Shown here in pieces: positions 50,447 to 63,852 of a stretch of 64,000 nucleotides of DNA. The DNA is taken from positions 21,514,278 to 21,578,277 of the forward strand of contig CM119265.1 in assembly GCA_051294375.1 (NCBI GenBank), given 5' to 3'. This DNA is from Paraspadella gotoi. Taxonomy: Eukaryota > Animalia > Chaetognatha. How positions within the stretch are numbered: the first letter of the stretch is position 1; every line of letters begins with the position of its first letter. A model generated the notes under the pieces. That model saw nothing but the letters and a program-made list of their open reading frames with translations, ran no database searches and was not told the origin of the DNA. The position numbers and the translations under genes are program-made.

Positions 50447-51868
50447 ATGTCGGTTGTTGGGCAACCGACGGTTCACTTCCCCTCGGTCGATCCCGGGAAA
50501 GACCTAGGTGGTGATACTCAAAAGGACGGAATTTGTAGCGCCGCTTCCTCTGGGTACGAATCTCGAATTGACAGAAATGTTCCATCCTATGGTCAACGTT
50601 CGTCGTCCGAAGACGACTGGACGTCTGACGAAAGTTTTGGCGAAAAGGCTCAGGCTGACGACAACGCCGGTGCACAAACTGCGGATCCCGGCGATGACGA
50701 GGACGGAACTCCCAACGAACAAATCGCGACTGACGTCTTTGATCGTCAGCGTCGCCTAGACGACAAGTTTTTATTCCTTCCGGCGCCAAAAGTCATCCAG
50801 GACTCTAGATCGCCAATGCAACGTCTTCACGATTATTTGGCGAGTAAAGAGGCGAAGTCCGTTGATCCGACTCCAATGGCGCAACTGAAGCAATACTTGC
50901 GCAACAAAATCTCCGTCGGCTTCGAAAAGGCCGGAAACTATGAGCTTGACCCGTCGAACAACCGCGTGGACAAAAACGACGACGTCAATAAGACCTCGTC
51001 CAACTTCAGTCTCAACAGCCTCACCTCTCAGGAATCGGGCGTCACTTCCGCGACGACTCAAACTCTAGATTCCGCCGACGAAGTCTTTTCTCACACTTAC
51101 GTCTTGAAGCAGAAGCGACTAGACAAAATGCGCCGCAGGAGTTCGGCGCGGAGTCGGTCCAGCGATTCTGAGACGCGTTGCTGCTTCATTTGCAACCAAG
51201 TCGGCCACGTTGCTCGTCGTTGCCCCTTAAGGGCCAGCCGGAGTGCTTGTCCCCGTTGCCAAGCTCTCGTCGATCCGAATGGCAAGGAAAAAGTCAGAAA
51301 AGGTTCTCAAACGTACGTGCCTGAAACGTCCGTTTTTGAAGGGGTGGCCAAGGGCAGCCGATTTGACACTTTCGACTCCATTCCCATCACCTTAACTGGG
51401 CAGAAAACCAGCAATTTATGTAGTATTAAACGGTTCGAAGAAGCCAATTTGCACCAAAAGGTAAAGAGAGAAAGAAATATAACTCTATCAAGATATAAAA
51501 TTTATGTTTCCTCAAGGTGGTGGACAATGTTCTAAGCGAAAACTATGAAAAAGCGACTCCGGTTCAGCGCTACGCCATCCCTATCATCCTCCTTGGGCGC
51601 GACCTAATGGCCTGTGCCCAGACGGGCTCTGGCAAGACTCTCGCCTTTGTCCTCCCTATTCTCAGTCAGATATTCGGTCGAGGCGTCGCGAATATCGAGT
51701 CCAAGTCTCCACTAGCTCTCATTCTCGTTCCGACGAGGGAGTTGGCGTCTCAGGTCCACAAGCACGTGGAGCGATTCGGTCGAGGGACGGATATTAAGTC
51801 GATGACTCTATACGGGGGTACCAGCCTCGCCTTTAACGTGCAAAAGATTGAAGAGGTTATTTTATGGA

Positions 51869-51917
<49 letters not shown>

Positions 51918-53063
51918 ATAAACCGTTTATCAGGGATGTCACATTGTCATTGCTACTCCGGGTCGACTTTTGGCTCTGATGCACCGAAAACAAATTAATC
52001 TTTCAAATGTCAAGTATTTCGTGCTGGACGAAGCCGACCGATTGCTTGACTTGGGCTTTGAGTCTGACATTGTCAATATACAAAAAAACGGTAGGTTTAT
52101 ATAATTTTCTCATTTTTATGGTAAAATTAAAAACTTGACCATCTCTTTTTAGGAATGCTTCCCAAGGGTCAACGTCAAACCATGATGTTCTCAGCAACTT
52201 TTCCTAAATCCGTCCAATGCTTAGCGGCGTCCTTTATGATCAATCATCTTTTCTTGTGCGTTGGAGATGAAGGCGTTGCCTGCCACAATGTCAGGCAATC
52301 AGTGATTCTAGTCCCCGCTGCTGAAAAGAAGCGAAAGCTTATTGAAATTCTCAACCAGTTGACCGGGGAGAAAGTGATGGTGTTCGTCGAGCAAAAGGTT
52401 TGGGATTAAACGATTTTAGTAGATATCTGTATTCTGTTTTGCGAAAGGCCTCGTAATTATAATTATATTCAAACAAAAATGTTTATTGAAAAGTACTTGA
52501 TTGTTTCTCTTCAGCGAAATGCAGATTTTTTGGCGTCTTATCTCTCGCTCACCGGTTTCCCATCTACTTCGATCCACGGCGATCGTGAACAGCCGCAACG
52601 CGAGGAAGCTTTGCGCGACTTCCGGCGCAAGACCACGCCTATTCTCATCGCCACTAATGTCGCTGCTCGTGGTCTCGACATCCCCGAAGTCGAAATGGTG
52701 GTCAACTATGACGTTCCGTCTTCTGCGGACGAGTACGTACACCGAGTGGGACGTACGGGACGATGTGGTAACCTAGGCAACGCTATTACATTCTTCGACG
52801 ACGAAAACACCGTCGACGTCGAGCTTTCTCCGGAGATTGTCCGCCAGCTCCGTCTTTGCCAGCAAGACGTTCCGAAATGGCTGGAGCTTCTTGCGGAGAA
52901 AGTCAAGGCCGCCGAGTCGAGGTCTTCTCGTGATTCGCGAAACTCGTTAAAGCGAGGAATGCGAGCCAAGGGTCCCAGCGAATATCTAGTGGATGCCGCT
53001 ATGAGTTCTGCAGAAGATTGGGAAGACTTCCAACAAACGCAAGAAGAAGAAACGTGGGACTGA
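50447..53063 (+). CDS. vasa: Vasa/DDX4-like DEAD-box RNA helicase with one CCHC zinc knuckle
   Basis: [14 protein letters not shown]; [95 protein letters not shown]; acidic Trp terminus EEETWD. Confidence 0.88.
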
Positions 53064-53226
53064 CAACGGTTTTTATTTTTAAATTATGAGCCATAATGTC
53101 CACGGTTTCATTTTGCTTTTTTTTTATTGAATTTTTATTTTACGTGCTTTTAATAAATTTGAAATATATACTATTTTTTAAACAATTTTAAACACGCTTT
53201 TTATTTCTTGTCTTTAACAAGCAAAG

Positions 53227-55994
53227 ATGAATCTTTTTACCGTCGCCATTTTTTTCTACGTCGTCATCGTCGACGATGTGGTCGTCCCTTCCCACGAATC
53301 GCTTTCGACTCCTGAAGAAAGTTTGGTGCTTCACGTGGACGCCGCCTCTTGGTCGAAGGCTCGCGAGTTTTGTCGCCGAACAAAGTCCGATCTCATCGTT
53401 ATCGAAACGAAAAAGCAACAGGAAATTGTCAATGATTTTGTCAAGAGCCAGGGCTTTCATGGTTCGTCTCACGAGTTACAAACCGTAATTTGCTGAAAAA
53501 GATCGACTAATGTCGGTATAAAATCAAATTTAGGCAAATACTGGATCGGCGCTACCGACCTTATTCGCGAAGATTCTTGGAAGTGGATCAACGGTGACGT
53601 TTTAAACTACACAAATTGGGCCCCCGGCCAACCAGATAACTACTGGGACCAGGATTGCTTGATGTCGAGCGGAACTAAAGGTTCTTTGTTTTAGTTTTAT
53701 TTGATGACATTTATAAAGAAAGTATAATTTTTTTATTTTTTTATCGTCGCAATCGCTAAGCGTTTGCGACGATATTGTATCGCTTTTGCCCATAAGTGGC
53801 GTCGTCATCGTTGTCGTCGTCGATGATTAAATGATTAAATTTCGGTGTATGAAGCTTAAAATTTATATACAGCTTCTCATCATCGATGTGCTTAAAATTG
53901 AGTCTGGACAGTTATTAAATATGTTTTGTTTACGTTTTATTAAAACAAACAAATTTTCTCTCTTTTATTTTCATATTTCTTTCTCTCTCTCTTTTCTCTT
54001 TTAATTACATCTCTCTCTCCCTCTCTCTTTTCCCTAGTCACTGATTCATAATCATAGGGGGAAAAAAACGAGCCTGCAGCTGGCTCTGCAGGGGCTTATT
54101 ATTTTTCTCTCTTTTCTCCTGCTGTTTCTGCTGCTGCCTTTTGAGTCTGCAGCTGGCTCTGCAGTGGCTCTTTCTTTTTCTCTCTTTTCTCCTGCTGCTG
54201 CCTTTTGATTTCTTTCTTTTCTCTCTCTCTCTGCGTTTTTATTAAAAAAAAAATTGAATTAGGCTTGAACTCGTAAAATTAAGAGTCGCATTCGTGCATG
54301 TTATCATTTTGCTATTTTTCAGAAACTGTAACTTTAATTTTCTTCTGTACTTTATTATTTTTTTTTATTGACAATCGCAAAATAGAATTTTTCTTTGTTT
54401 ATAATTTAATTTTCTTTTCTCAAATTTTCTTTTTTTTAGTATCAAAATTTGTCGTCAATCCAGATTTTTCTTATGCTATTGCGACGATCCTTATGCTTTT
54501 AAGATTTTTTAAAATTGGAAGGAGATTGTCTAGTTTTGAAGTAATTGTACCTAGGCCTGTGGGACGATGAAAATTGCGACCGGCGCCAGGCTTTTCTCTG
54601 CGAATATTCCTGGAACTCCCATCCTCTTGCTCGCCCTCGCCTTCGACCCTCCTTTTCTTACCGGTTCCACCCGGAGTCGCTTCCCTGGAGCCAAGCCCGG
54701 CGTCAGTGTCGTCTCGAAGGCGGCTTTCTCGCGATTCTCGACTCGGCTCAAACCCATTACGACGTACTCTTTCGCTTCCACGGGGATTTCTGGATTGGCG
54801 CTGCCAATTTCTTGGAAAAAGATGGCGCTCCCAGCGAAAATCCTTACGCTTCCCGATTTTGGCGTTGGATCAACGGCGTCGAGATGGATACGCCGCACTG
54901 GAAGGACGAGACGCCCCCGACTTCGGACCACCGTCTCTGCGCCCTCAACAATTTTTATGATCAAGGGAAATTTGGCGGAGTCAGTTGTGCAGATAGGAAG
55001 CCTTTTCTCTGCATGTATCCCGACGTCGACCTCTGTACCGTGACGCGGTGTTTGAACGGCGGCACCTGTAGAAATCTTCTCAACGGCCACCTGTGCACCT
55101 GCGTCGAAGGATTCGGAGGGGATTTCTGCGAGATTGACCTGGACGATTGCGCGTCCGATCCATGTCAAAACAAAGGCGTCTGCGTAGACAGGCCCGTCGG
55201 ATTCGTTTGCAACTGTCTGTAAGTTATGCAGTGGGCAATTTGAGAATTGAAAGTATAAGTTAATTGTATTTAAATTATACTGAACAATTTTTTAGTCCTG
55301 GATTCAGTGGCGAAACTTGCGATGTTAACATTGATGAATGTGCCTCTAACCCTTGCCTCAATGACGGCGACTGTTTGGACCGAATTAATTCCTTTCTCTG
55401 TTGGTGCCCCCGCGGGTTCGCCGGCCGGCTTTGCCACAACGCCTTAACCGATCCTTGCCTAGAACAGCCATGCGCTAACGGCGGACTTTGCGTCGAAGGA
55501 TCTATGGGGTTAGAAAAGAAAGAAATGACTTAGTGAGAAAACATTTTGTTATGTAGCTTACCTCTTTCTCCTACAGGTCGTTTCTTTGCCTTTGCCCTGC
55601 CGGTTTTACCGGCGCCAATTGCTCCACCGACGCCAACGAGTGCGCCTCCTCTCCTTGCCTTAACGGTGCCACCTGCGTCAACGGCGCCAACGCCTTTGCC
55701 TGCCAGTGCGCGACCGGGTTCGAGGGCGCCTCGTGCGAACGACGCCGAAACGCCTGCCAATCGTCACCTTGCCTAAACGGCGCCGTCTGCGTGAACGAAC
55801 CCGGCGCGCACGAGGACTTCCGGTGCCTCTGCCCTGAGGGAGTCTTTGGTCTACGCTGCGAGGACGTAGAGGACGAATGCGAGTCGAATCCCTGTCTAAA
55901 CGGGGGCACGTGCGTCAACGACGTCGCCTCCTATCACTGCGTCTGCGGTCCTGACACTTTCGGCAAAAATTGCGTGCGTGACAACCGCTCTTAA
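53227..55994 (+). CDS. Secreted protein with two C-type lectin domains and a run of EGF repeats
   Basis: [30 protein letters not shown]; [14 protein letters not shown]; multiple [18 protein letters not shown] units; GT-AG introns. Confidence 0.88.
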
Positions 55995-56116
55995 AACTTT
56001 ATCGTTTATATTTTGGATTTATTTTTAAAGGTTTTAACTCTTAATCATGTCATGTCACGTTATACATTTTTGATGCTTTTTTTTACATTTACGTATTTAC
56101 CAAAAGCTCAGAGGTG

Positions 56117-56965
56117 ATGACGGAAAAATTTCGTTTCCTTCTTTTTCTCTTCTTATGCCCGATGTGGGCAGAGTCGACAAAATGCTTTTCGTGTCTTTAC
56201 GCTGGAGCTGGCCCAATCGTCTGCGCCAACGAGATCGTCGCCTCCAAACTTCCTCCGACGGTATCGACGATCGATTGCGGGATCGGAAAGCGTTGCTTCG
56301 CGGAGAGGACCCGTTACGTTGCTGGGGGAAGCGTCTACAGCGTCTCGCGCGGCTGTTTGCCAGAGAATGACGTAGTAGAAAACGGATGCAGATCTGATAT
56401 TCATTTCGAAAAATGCCGTTTTGTCTGCGATGACAAACTTTGCAACGGCAAAAAAGTTTTGAACGTTAATTTCACCATTTCCCCGACCACACGAAATGAC
56501 TTTTCTTCTCATCGAACAAAAGCTCCTACCACCAAGAATCCCCGCCTTTCGCCCACCTCAACGAATCATCCTTTTCTTACCACTTGCTTCGCTTGTTCCT
56601 GGTCTGGAACCGCGCACGCTTCAGAAAATTGTCTGCGCGACCCTCGTGAATTTCCCGACCTATTCATCAAAACTGTCTTTTGTTCTAAAAACTGTCAGAC
56701 GCATTCTATTAGGAATAAGCGGAACGGGAAGTTGCGAAGTATATTTCGAGGGTGTTCTATTGAAAGACCCAAAAAAGTATGCGTGAGTGACCTCTATTTT
56801 CAAACGTGTGTCTCGATTTGCGCGGAAAATCGATGCAATATGAACGAGGTGGAGTTTATCAAAAAACAAAAGACAACCAAAGGAGGCGGGTCCCGGATTT
56901 CGTGCTTTAACTTTTTAATTGTTTTACTGTTAATTTTAATCTCGCCCGTCTTAGGCGAGATTTAG
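56117..56965 (+). CDS. Intronless two-domain Ly6/uPAR (three-finger, quiver-like) protein, probably GPI-anchored
   Basis: Signal peptide; two KCFSC/TCFAC...C.....CN domains with a Thr/Pro linker; hydrophobic C-terminus. Confidence 0.8.
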   Translation: MTEKFRFLLFLFLCPMWAESTKCFSCLYAGAGPIVCANEIVASKLPPTVSTIDCGIGKRCFAERTRYVAGGSVYSVSRGCLPENDVVENGCRSDIHFEKCRFVCDDKLCNGKKVLNVNFTISPTTRNDFSSHRTKAPTTKNPRLSPTSTNHPFLTTCFACSWSGTAHASENCLRDPREFPDLFIKTVFCSKNCQTHSIRNKRNGKLRSIFRGCSIERPKKVCVSDLYFQTCVSICAENRCNMNEVEFIKKQKTTKGGGSRISCFNFLIVLLLILISPVLGEI

Positions 56966-57164
56966 GTTTACTTGGGCTGCTTAGTGACGTAGTCGTTGTC
57001 ACGCTTTTTTACAATTGGATATTATAAAAGTGTGTAATTGTAAGAAGTTAAAAATGTATATATAGTTTTTCATCATCAAGATCTTTTAACAAAAAATAAT
57101 ATTTGAGAATTATAAAATATATTTATTTGTTTTTCTCTCTCTCTTTCTTTTTAAGTTCATTAAA

Positions 57165-57655
57165 TATCATCGCATCAATCAATAATTGATTTTGTATTAA
57201 TGAATAATTATTATCGCACTATTGACTGATTATTATCATATCATTGAATAATTATCATCACATCAATCACTCGTTATCAAATCAATCACTCATTATTATC
57301 ACATAAATCAATCATTAATTTTTATTGCTTCTATCAATCGTTATCCTACCATCAATCATTATTACATTATCATCGCATAAATCATTTGTTATCGTCATAT
57401 TAATCAATCATTCATTATCCCATCAATCAATATTTTGTTTTCATCGCATCAATCAATAATTTGTTATTATCGCATCAATCTATTATTTATTATTATCGCA
57501 TTTATTTATAATTCATTATTATCGCATAAATATATAATTTATCTTCGCATCAATCAATAATTTATCATCGCATCAATCAATAATTTATCATCGCATCAAT
57601 CAAAAATTAATTATCATCGCATCAATCAATAATTTGTTATCATTTCATCAATCGT
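57165..57655. repeat. Degenerate minisatellite (~24-bp unit)
   Basis: Repeated tatcatcgcatcaatcaataatt variants. Confidence 0.85.
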
Positions 57656-57813
57656 TGAGTTTTTTTTCTTGGATAATTATTGAGCGATGAATCATTGTGC
57701 TTTTCAGATTTTTTCATTATTTTCCTTGGATAGTAACATCTGTCGAGATCACTATACTTTTATAAAATTTTTATATTAAAACATTTCGTTTCGTTTTTAG
57801 ATACAGTTTTATT

Positions 57814-60025
57814 ATGACAGTTACTTACAACGCAGAAGTAGCTACCAGCAAATTCTTTACTTTTACCAAGCTGCTCTTCAAATGGCGAGGCAGCGCTTAC
57901 AAGATTTTGTTGTCAGATTTTCTTATGTTCGCGTTTTTTTACACGCTGTTTGCGGTTATCTATCATTATGTTCTGGTAGATAACAGCGAGCATAAAAAGG
58001 TAAGACTTTCACACATGATAGCATTTCATAATTTGAAAAAAAAATAAAAGTAGATAAATTTATTTTGTACCTAGCTCTTCGAACTTTTTTGTTACTCCAC
58101 AAACAAGTTTATGGATTGGATTCCTCTCACTTTTGTTTTAGCCTTTTATGTGTCATTGGTCATAAAAAGATGGTGGGACATGATAACACTTATGCCTTGG
58201 CCCGATTCGCTCGCATTGAAGGTATGACTTAAATTTACGGCAACTTGGTTTTACTGCAAAACTTGGGGTTATTTTGAGAATATAAAATACAAAAAATGAT
58301 AATATCGGAAAATATCAGGTGACTTCGCTGATCCTCGGCTTCGACGAGGGCGGGCGACGTCTTCGTCGAACTCTCATGCGCTACGTCAACGTCTCTCTCG
58401 TCCTCCTGCTTCGTGAGATCAGCGTCAAGGCGAAAAAGAACTTTCCCACTCTGCAGCACGTCGTCAACGCGGGTCTACTCACGCCTTCCGAACTAACCAT
58501 CATAGAGGAGATCGAGTCTCCAGATCGCAAGTTCTGGATTCCGCTGGTGTGGTGCACCGCTCTGGTCAGACGGGCCAGGATGGAAGGGAGGATTCGGGTA
58601 ACGAATAGGTTTTGAATGCGAGTCCCAATTTTAGTCGTTGCAAAAGTAAAAGCAAGAATTATTTTTCATATTACAGCACGATTACTCCGCTCAAGTTCTA
58701 TTGGAAGAATTAAATAATTTCCGCGAATCTTTGCTACGACTTAAGAATTATGATTGGATTAATATACCCTTGGTTTACACTCAAGTCGTAACCATCGCCG
58801 TTTATGTGTACTTCTTTGCCTGCGTCTTCGCCAGACAGAGGTAAACCAAATTTAAATTTGTGATAATCACATTAAACAACAATTAACTATCAGACTATTT
58901 TTTCTTAGATTCGACTCGTCTGATCACGGCCTGGCAGTAACGGAATTTTTCTACCTGCCAATTTTCACGATACTCGAATTCTTTTTCTTCATGGGTTGGC
59001 TTAAAGTCGCCGAGTCTCTCGTCAATCCCTTCGGCGAAAACGACGAGGACCTCGAGATTATTTACATCATCGATCGCAACATCAAGTATTCGGCCGTCGT
59101 CGTCGATTTGCTGCACAATCAATATCCCGAGCTCAAGGATCCCTTAGAAGATCCCGTGCCCCCCGACATGCCGTATACGGTGGCGGCCATGAAGTACAAG
59201 CAGCAAACTCCCTACGCCGGATCTACCGTCAACGTGCACACGACTGGAGAGGACGCTTTTATCGTTAAGGACGTTGAGGACGACAACCTTACTCCTTTGG
59301 AGGAAAATATCCTGCAGGATTTAGAATCTGGGGTAAACCAGTCGTTCATGGAATCCCGCGTGCCAGTCATCAAAACCCTCTCGAGAACCAAGGAAGACGC
59401 TGTCAGTTCCGTCGGGAAAAGCAACGTCAATATCCCCGTTGTCATTCGCACGGGAAGTCGCTCTTCAGTAAGAGGCGAGCATCGGCGTGGGATCCGAGGG
59501 ACTTTACGACGCACTCTTCGCCTCGGCCGTGATTGTTGCTTTCGTGTTTGCTCGCTGCCCCCGCGCCGCTACACGATAATTGTGAAGGAAGATGACGCGG
59601 CCAAAGATGCCGCCCGCATCTGCTTGGAGGGTGCCAACTCCTCCTTTTGCTCCATAAACTCCGAAGACGGGAGCCGTCGAGACTCTAGCCCGGGCAGATC
59701 TACTCCTTGCTCCACCTCGACGCGAGGATCTCGTTCTCCTTCCGCCTCCTCTGTTCGCTCTAACGACGGCACCATCTCTGCCCAAATCTCGCGCAAAAGT
59801 GGTGGAGCGGCAACCGGTGCCGGCGTCTGTGCCGCCTCGACGCCCACGGGGGAATCACGGCCAAAACGTCCCATGACGGCCAAAGAACGAAACAGTCGTT
59901 CTCGCGTCTTGAATCGAAAGTTACGCGGCGGCGAATCCACGCAGACTGTGGACGTCGGAGACATGAGTTTCAAGGTGGTTAGTGCGCTTCAATCTTTATC
60001 ATTCTCCGTGTCTCAGAACGAGTGA
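57814..60025 (+). CDS. Bestrophin-family anion channel (divergent)
   Basis: MTVTYNAEVA..LLFKWRGSAYK, IPLTFVLAFYV..RWW..PWPD, RRTLMRY, YDWINIPLVYTQVV, GWLKVAESLVNPFGE. Confidence 0.93.
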
Positions 60026-61134
60026 CACAAAAAAAAATTAGATTCCGCGTAAAAGATTGATAATATTTATGGGCAATTGGGCATCATTTAATAAAAAAGT
60101 TACCTGACGTCATGACGTTTTCAAATTTTTTTTTTTTTAAATCTAACAAGAACAGTTTCAAAATGACCAGTTTTCATGTCGGGTCAAACTGCAAAGTTTC
60201 GTCATCGCAGGCTGAAATAAAAATCCTAAAGATTAATAATTATATTTAAACGCCTCCAACAATATCAGTTTTTATAGCCAAAAGTTAGTATTTACTTTTT
60301 AATAATAAGTAAACGACGGAAAGATATAGGGTCACTAGGGTATTTTGAGGGGTAAGGGAAATCCCCTCAACTGATGATGACTTTGACCTGAAAATATTTT
60401 TTCTTGAGAAAGTCTTGCACAGTGAACTGAATCTTTTTTTTACAAGAATCAAAGTATTATGAAGGCGATTGTGGTCTCACTATTGTCCAGAAAGCGAGCA
60501 TGGTCTCAGCCTCCAGGTCATAGTCCACATCAGCCGTCGATCATCTTGCCAACAAAGAAGAAGAAGAGTTGTCAACCATCACACATCATAGTACAGCCAA
60601 TCCCATAAAAGGGGATCAGTCAATAGCTAAAAAGATTTTATTTCGAATAAAAATCATTTTTTTGACCTTAAAATGCCAAAGGTCTCTACAAAAGCAAGCA
60701 TACGGCCATCTTGCAAGCAGATTTTAGAAAAGAAAACATCCCATCGCGCAATGGAATGGAATGCAATGGAATAAGCGCTCCGCGGTTTTTGCAATTTTGA
60801 CAATAGTTGCAAGAAATGTAAAAGTATTAAAAAACCCAGATCGAGTCGAGTTTTCAACAGTGAGGAATTGTGTCCCTCGTTTTGGAACACGGAGTAGTTT
60901 AAATTATAAATTGTATGCTTGGAAAGAAAAAACGAAAAGTTTTCTTGCTTCCGCAACGAATGTTTGTTTTTTATTGTAAAAAAAAACCAAAAACATTCGT
61001 TGCCGAAATAATTAAGTAACTTTTCGTTGTTTTTTTAAAATAAAAAACGCAACGAAGAGATAACTTACTCGTTGAAATTGTATACTTAAAAAGTTGCGTT
61101 TTTTTGAAACCCAAAGGTTCGTAAAACTGATTCA

Positions 61135-63034
61135 ATGGTATCGAGCGAAGGAATCCTTACGCCAACTTGGCGCCCGATGGCACGTGCGCGCCACGTTCGC
61201 GCCAAAGACAACACCGTTCGCAGTCAACCTCTCTCTGTCAAGGAAAGACCCGCCAAGTCTGGAAGACTGGATTGCAGGTTTTAGATGTGTCCTTGTACTT
61301 TGTACAATCTGTCGGAACCATTCTGTGACACTCATTCATCTCTTAGCAACTCTGCGACGACCTCGGCGAAAGGAAGTTCCCGTCGAAATTCTTTTCTTCC
61401 TCAAGAATCCTACACTTCCTTCACGTCGGACATTCGCATCAGGAGGCCAAATAACATTCGCGTCTACGATTCCCACACTTCGTTAACTTCTCATCAATCC
61501 AACATTGGTTACAATTTATCTATGTCTAGTCTAGTATCTCATATTTTCTCAATTTGAATAATGAATACTTTCCCTGTGCGGTTGTGCGTAGACGACGTGC
61601 CGCGCGTGCAAAAACCCGGTCGTTATCGCACTTCCAGCAACATAAGCGCCGCCCGTTCCAATGCCCGTTCTCGACGCACTTCCATCCACGACGAAACCGA
61701 GCCAGCAAGTCCCGCTCAAGTCGGAATCTGCGTCGCCGACGTGCCCGGCAGCGCCGCTGGAGTTACGTTAGAACCGGAAACGGAGCCTACGACGGAACCT
61801 GGAAAATCCGACTCGGTCCGGCGATAAATCGATAATTGCTACCTCCGATTCTTCCATTTATTTTTCCTTCGTTTCCCATGGCATCAGGCCGCTTTGGGCG
61901 AAACCTTCGATCCCAACTCAGTTGTGGTTCCGGAAACGGTCGCGGACGTTCAAAGCGTCATCGTCGTCGACGAGGTCGAAGTCCTGGGACAACCGATCGT
62001 CGTCGAGGAGGCGAATCTCATCGCCACTCTCCCCGAAGGCATCGACGCCAATTCTCCTTCGACGGAGAAGCAAGTGACGTTTAACCTCGACCCGCAAACG
62101 ATCCTCGTTGATCCTTCACTGCCCGCCGCGTCGACAATGGAGGGCGCACTGGTTGAGAGCAGCGCGGAAAGTGCTGGAAACGATGTCGCCGCGGGTGGGT
62201 TTAATAGAATTAAGTGGGTTGTTTTGTTTAAAAATTTAATTAGTAGCTAATTAGTAGCTAATTAGCTAATTATCACTATATTTTCGTAAAAATCTTTTTA
62301 ATGATAATTAAAATAAGAATTTTTTCTTTAAACTTTTCAGATGTTAAGTTGGACGCTGAGGACTCTAGCGTCTACTCCAGTGTCTACGCTGAAGAAGAGA
62401 CTGATACTTGTTCGACGGTCTCGTCCATTCCGGCTGCTGAAGCTTACAGGTTAAGAAAATATGTTCGTGTCATCATTTTGCTTCCTCTTCGTGCTCATAA
62501 GTTCATTCAGTTCTTACTCTAAATACATTTTTTTAAAGGCCCGAATATATTGAGTACATTTTCGACAAGAAGCCCGGCGTGGCAATTTTGGAACCCATCG
62601 CCGAATGCTCTTCCGACGTATCCCTCACGTCACAAAGCAGCTCCATCTCCTCAAAGCCTCAGTCCTTTCCTGCCGTCTCCTCCAAAGCCCACCGGCGCTT
62701 CAGCGTATCAAACCTCGGCTCCGTCGAGGAAAGACTAGAGGAACGACTCGAGGAAATGGACAAAAGCGTCTCCATGGAAACGCTCTCCGTGCGAGAGGCG
62801 AATTCTATCGACGCTGCCGCATCCGACTCGAGCCCTCCGACAACAGAGCTCGACACCGGGACGCCGATATCGTCGTCGACGGCCGTCGTCGTCACTGCGA
62901 GCGAGTTGGAGACGCTGGACGACGCCGCCAACGCCATCGAGAAGATCGCCACGGAGATAGAGGGCGGAACGGAGACTGAAGGGGAAGGAAATCTCGAAAA
63001 GATTCTTAAAGGATTTTTAGATCGAAACGCTTGA
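61135..63034 (+). CDS. Orphan acidic low-complexity protein (multi-exon; 5' end uncertain)
   Basis: GC-rich exon-like segments at ~61135-61277, 61348-61481, 61592-61820, 61889-62194, 62341-62449 and 62540-63034 with splice-like borders. No domain recognised. Confidence 0.5.
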
Positions 63035-63170
63035 TTCAATTGTCTTCAATTTATTTTACATATTAAATGTATGTACATTGCCATTAACTTTACCTTTGGC
63101 TAATAATTTGAGTCTGTTTTTCGTTAATCCAGAATTCGTGTAATTGAAAAGAAGTTTCTGCCGGTCGTGA

Positions 63171-63852
63171 ATGACGCGCCTGTACAGTGACGCCATGGAT
63201 TACACGGAGCATCCCCGCCACCGCCCCAATCCAAACCGGGGGGGCGCGCGGCCCGATTTCCGTCGATTCCACGAGTCGGCCATGAGAGGCGCGCCTTTTC
63301 GCAACGGCTCCCTCCGCCTCCCGATGAGAGGCCAGGGGCCGTTAAACGACGTTATGTTCTCTCCGTTAGCTCCGATGCCGCCGCTCCCTCCGATGGCTCT
63401 GCCTCCGATAGGTAGGACCCAAAAATAGCAAAAGGAAAACAAAATTATACTCTTTTGCTCATTTTATTTTTCCTTTGACTCAGCCAACGGTCATCACCTC
63501 ATCGTCCCTCACAATGGGCCGCTCCTCTCGCCCCCGCCGCGCCCCCGCATGAGCGTGACCAAGGGAGAGTGGATTCCTCTTACCAAGTTAGGCCGACTCG
63601 TCAAGGAGATGAAGATCAAGAGTCTGGAGGAGGTCTTCCTCTACGACCTCCCGATACTAGAGCCAGAGATCTTCGAGCACTTTCTGGGCATCACAATCAA
63701 GGAAGAGGTGCTGGCTGTCGTCCCGACAGACAAGACGCTGCCAACAGGAGAAAGATGCGTCCGGTTCAAGGCGCTGGCCGTAGCGGGAGACAGCAACGGA
63801 CACGTCGGGCTCGGGGTTCAGATATCGAAGGAAGTAGCCGTCGCCATTGCGG
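63171..63852 (+). CDS. RPS2: Divergent 40S ribosomal protein S2 (uS5)-like gene, 3' part probably beyond the window
   Basis: Exon 63171-63411 splices in frame to 63484+, giving [33 protein letters not shown]...RFKA...[18 protein letters not shown]. Confidence 0.8.

Noticed and set aside
60371-60395. Hammerhead (CTGATGA...GAAA)
   Set aside because: No stem II, stem III or cleavage triplet.
62540-63411. Fusion of the acidic orphan to the RPS2-like gene
   Set aside because: Stop at 63034 with no donor before it, and an in-frame TGA immediately precedes the ATG at 63171.
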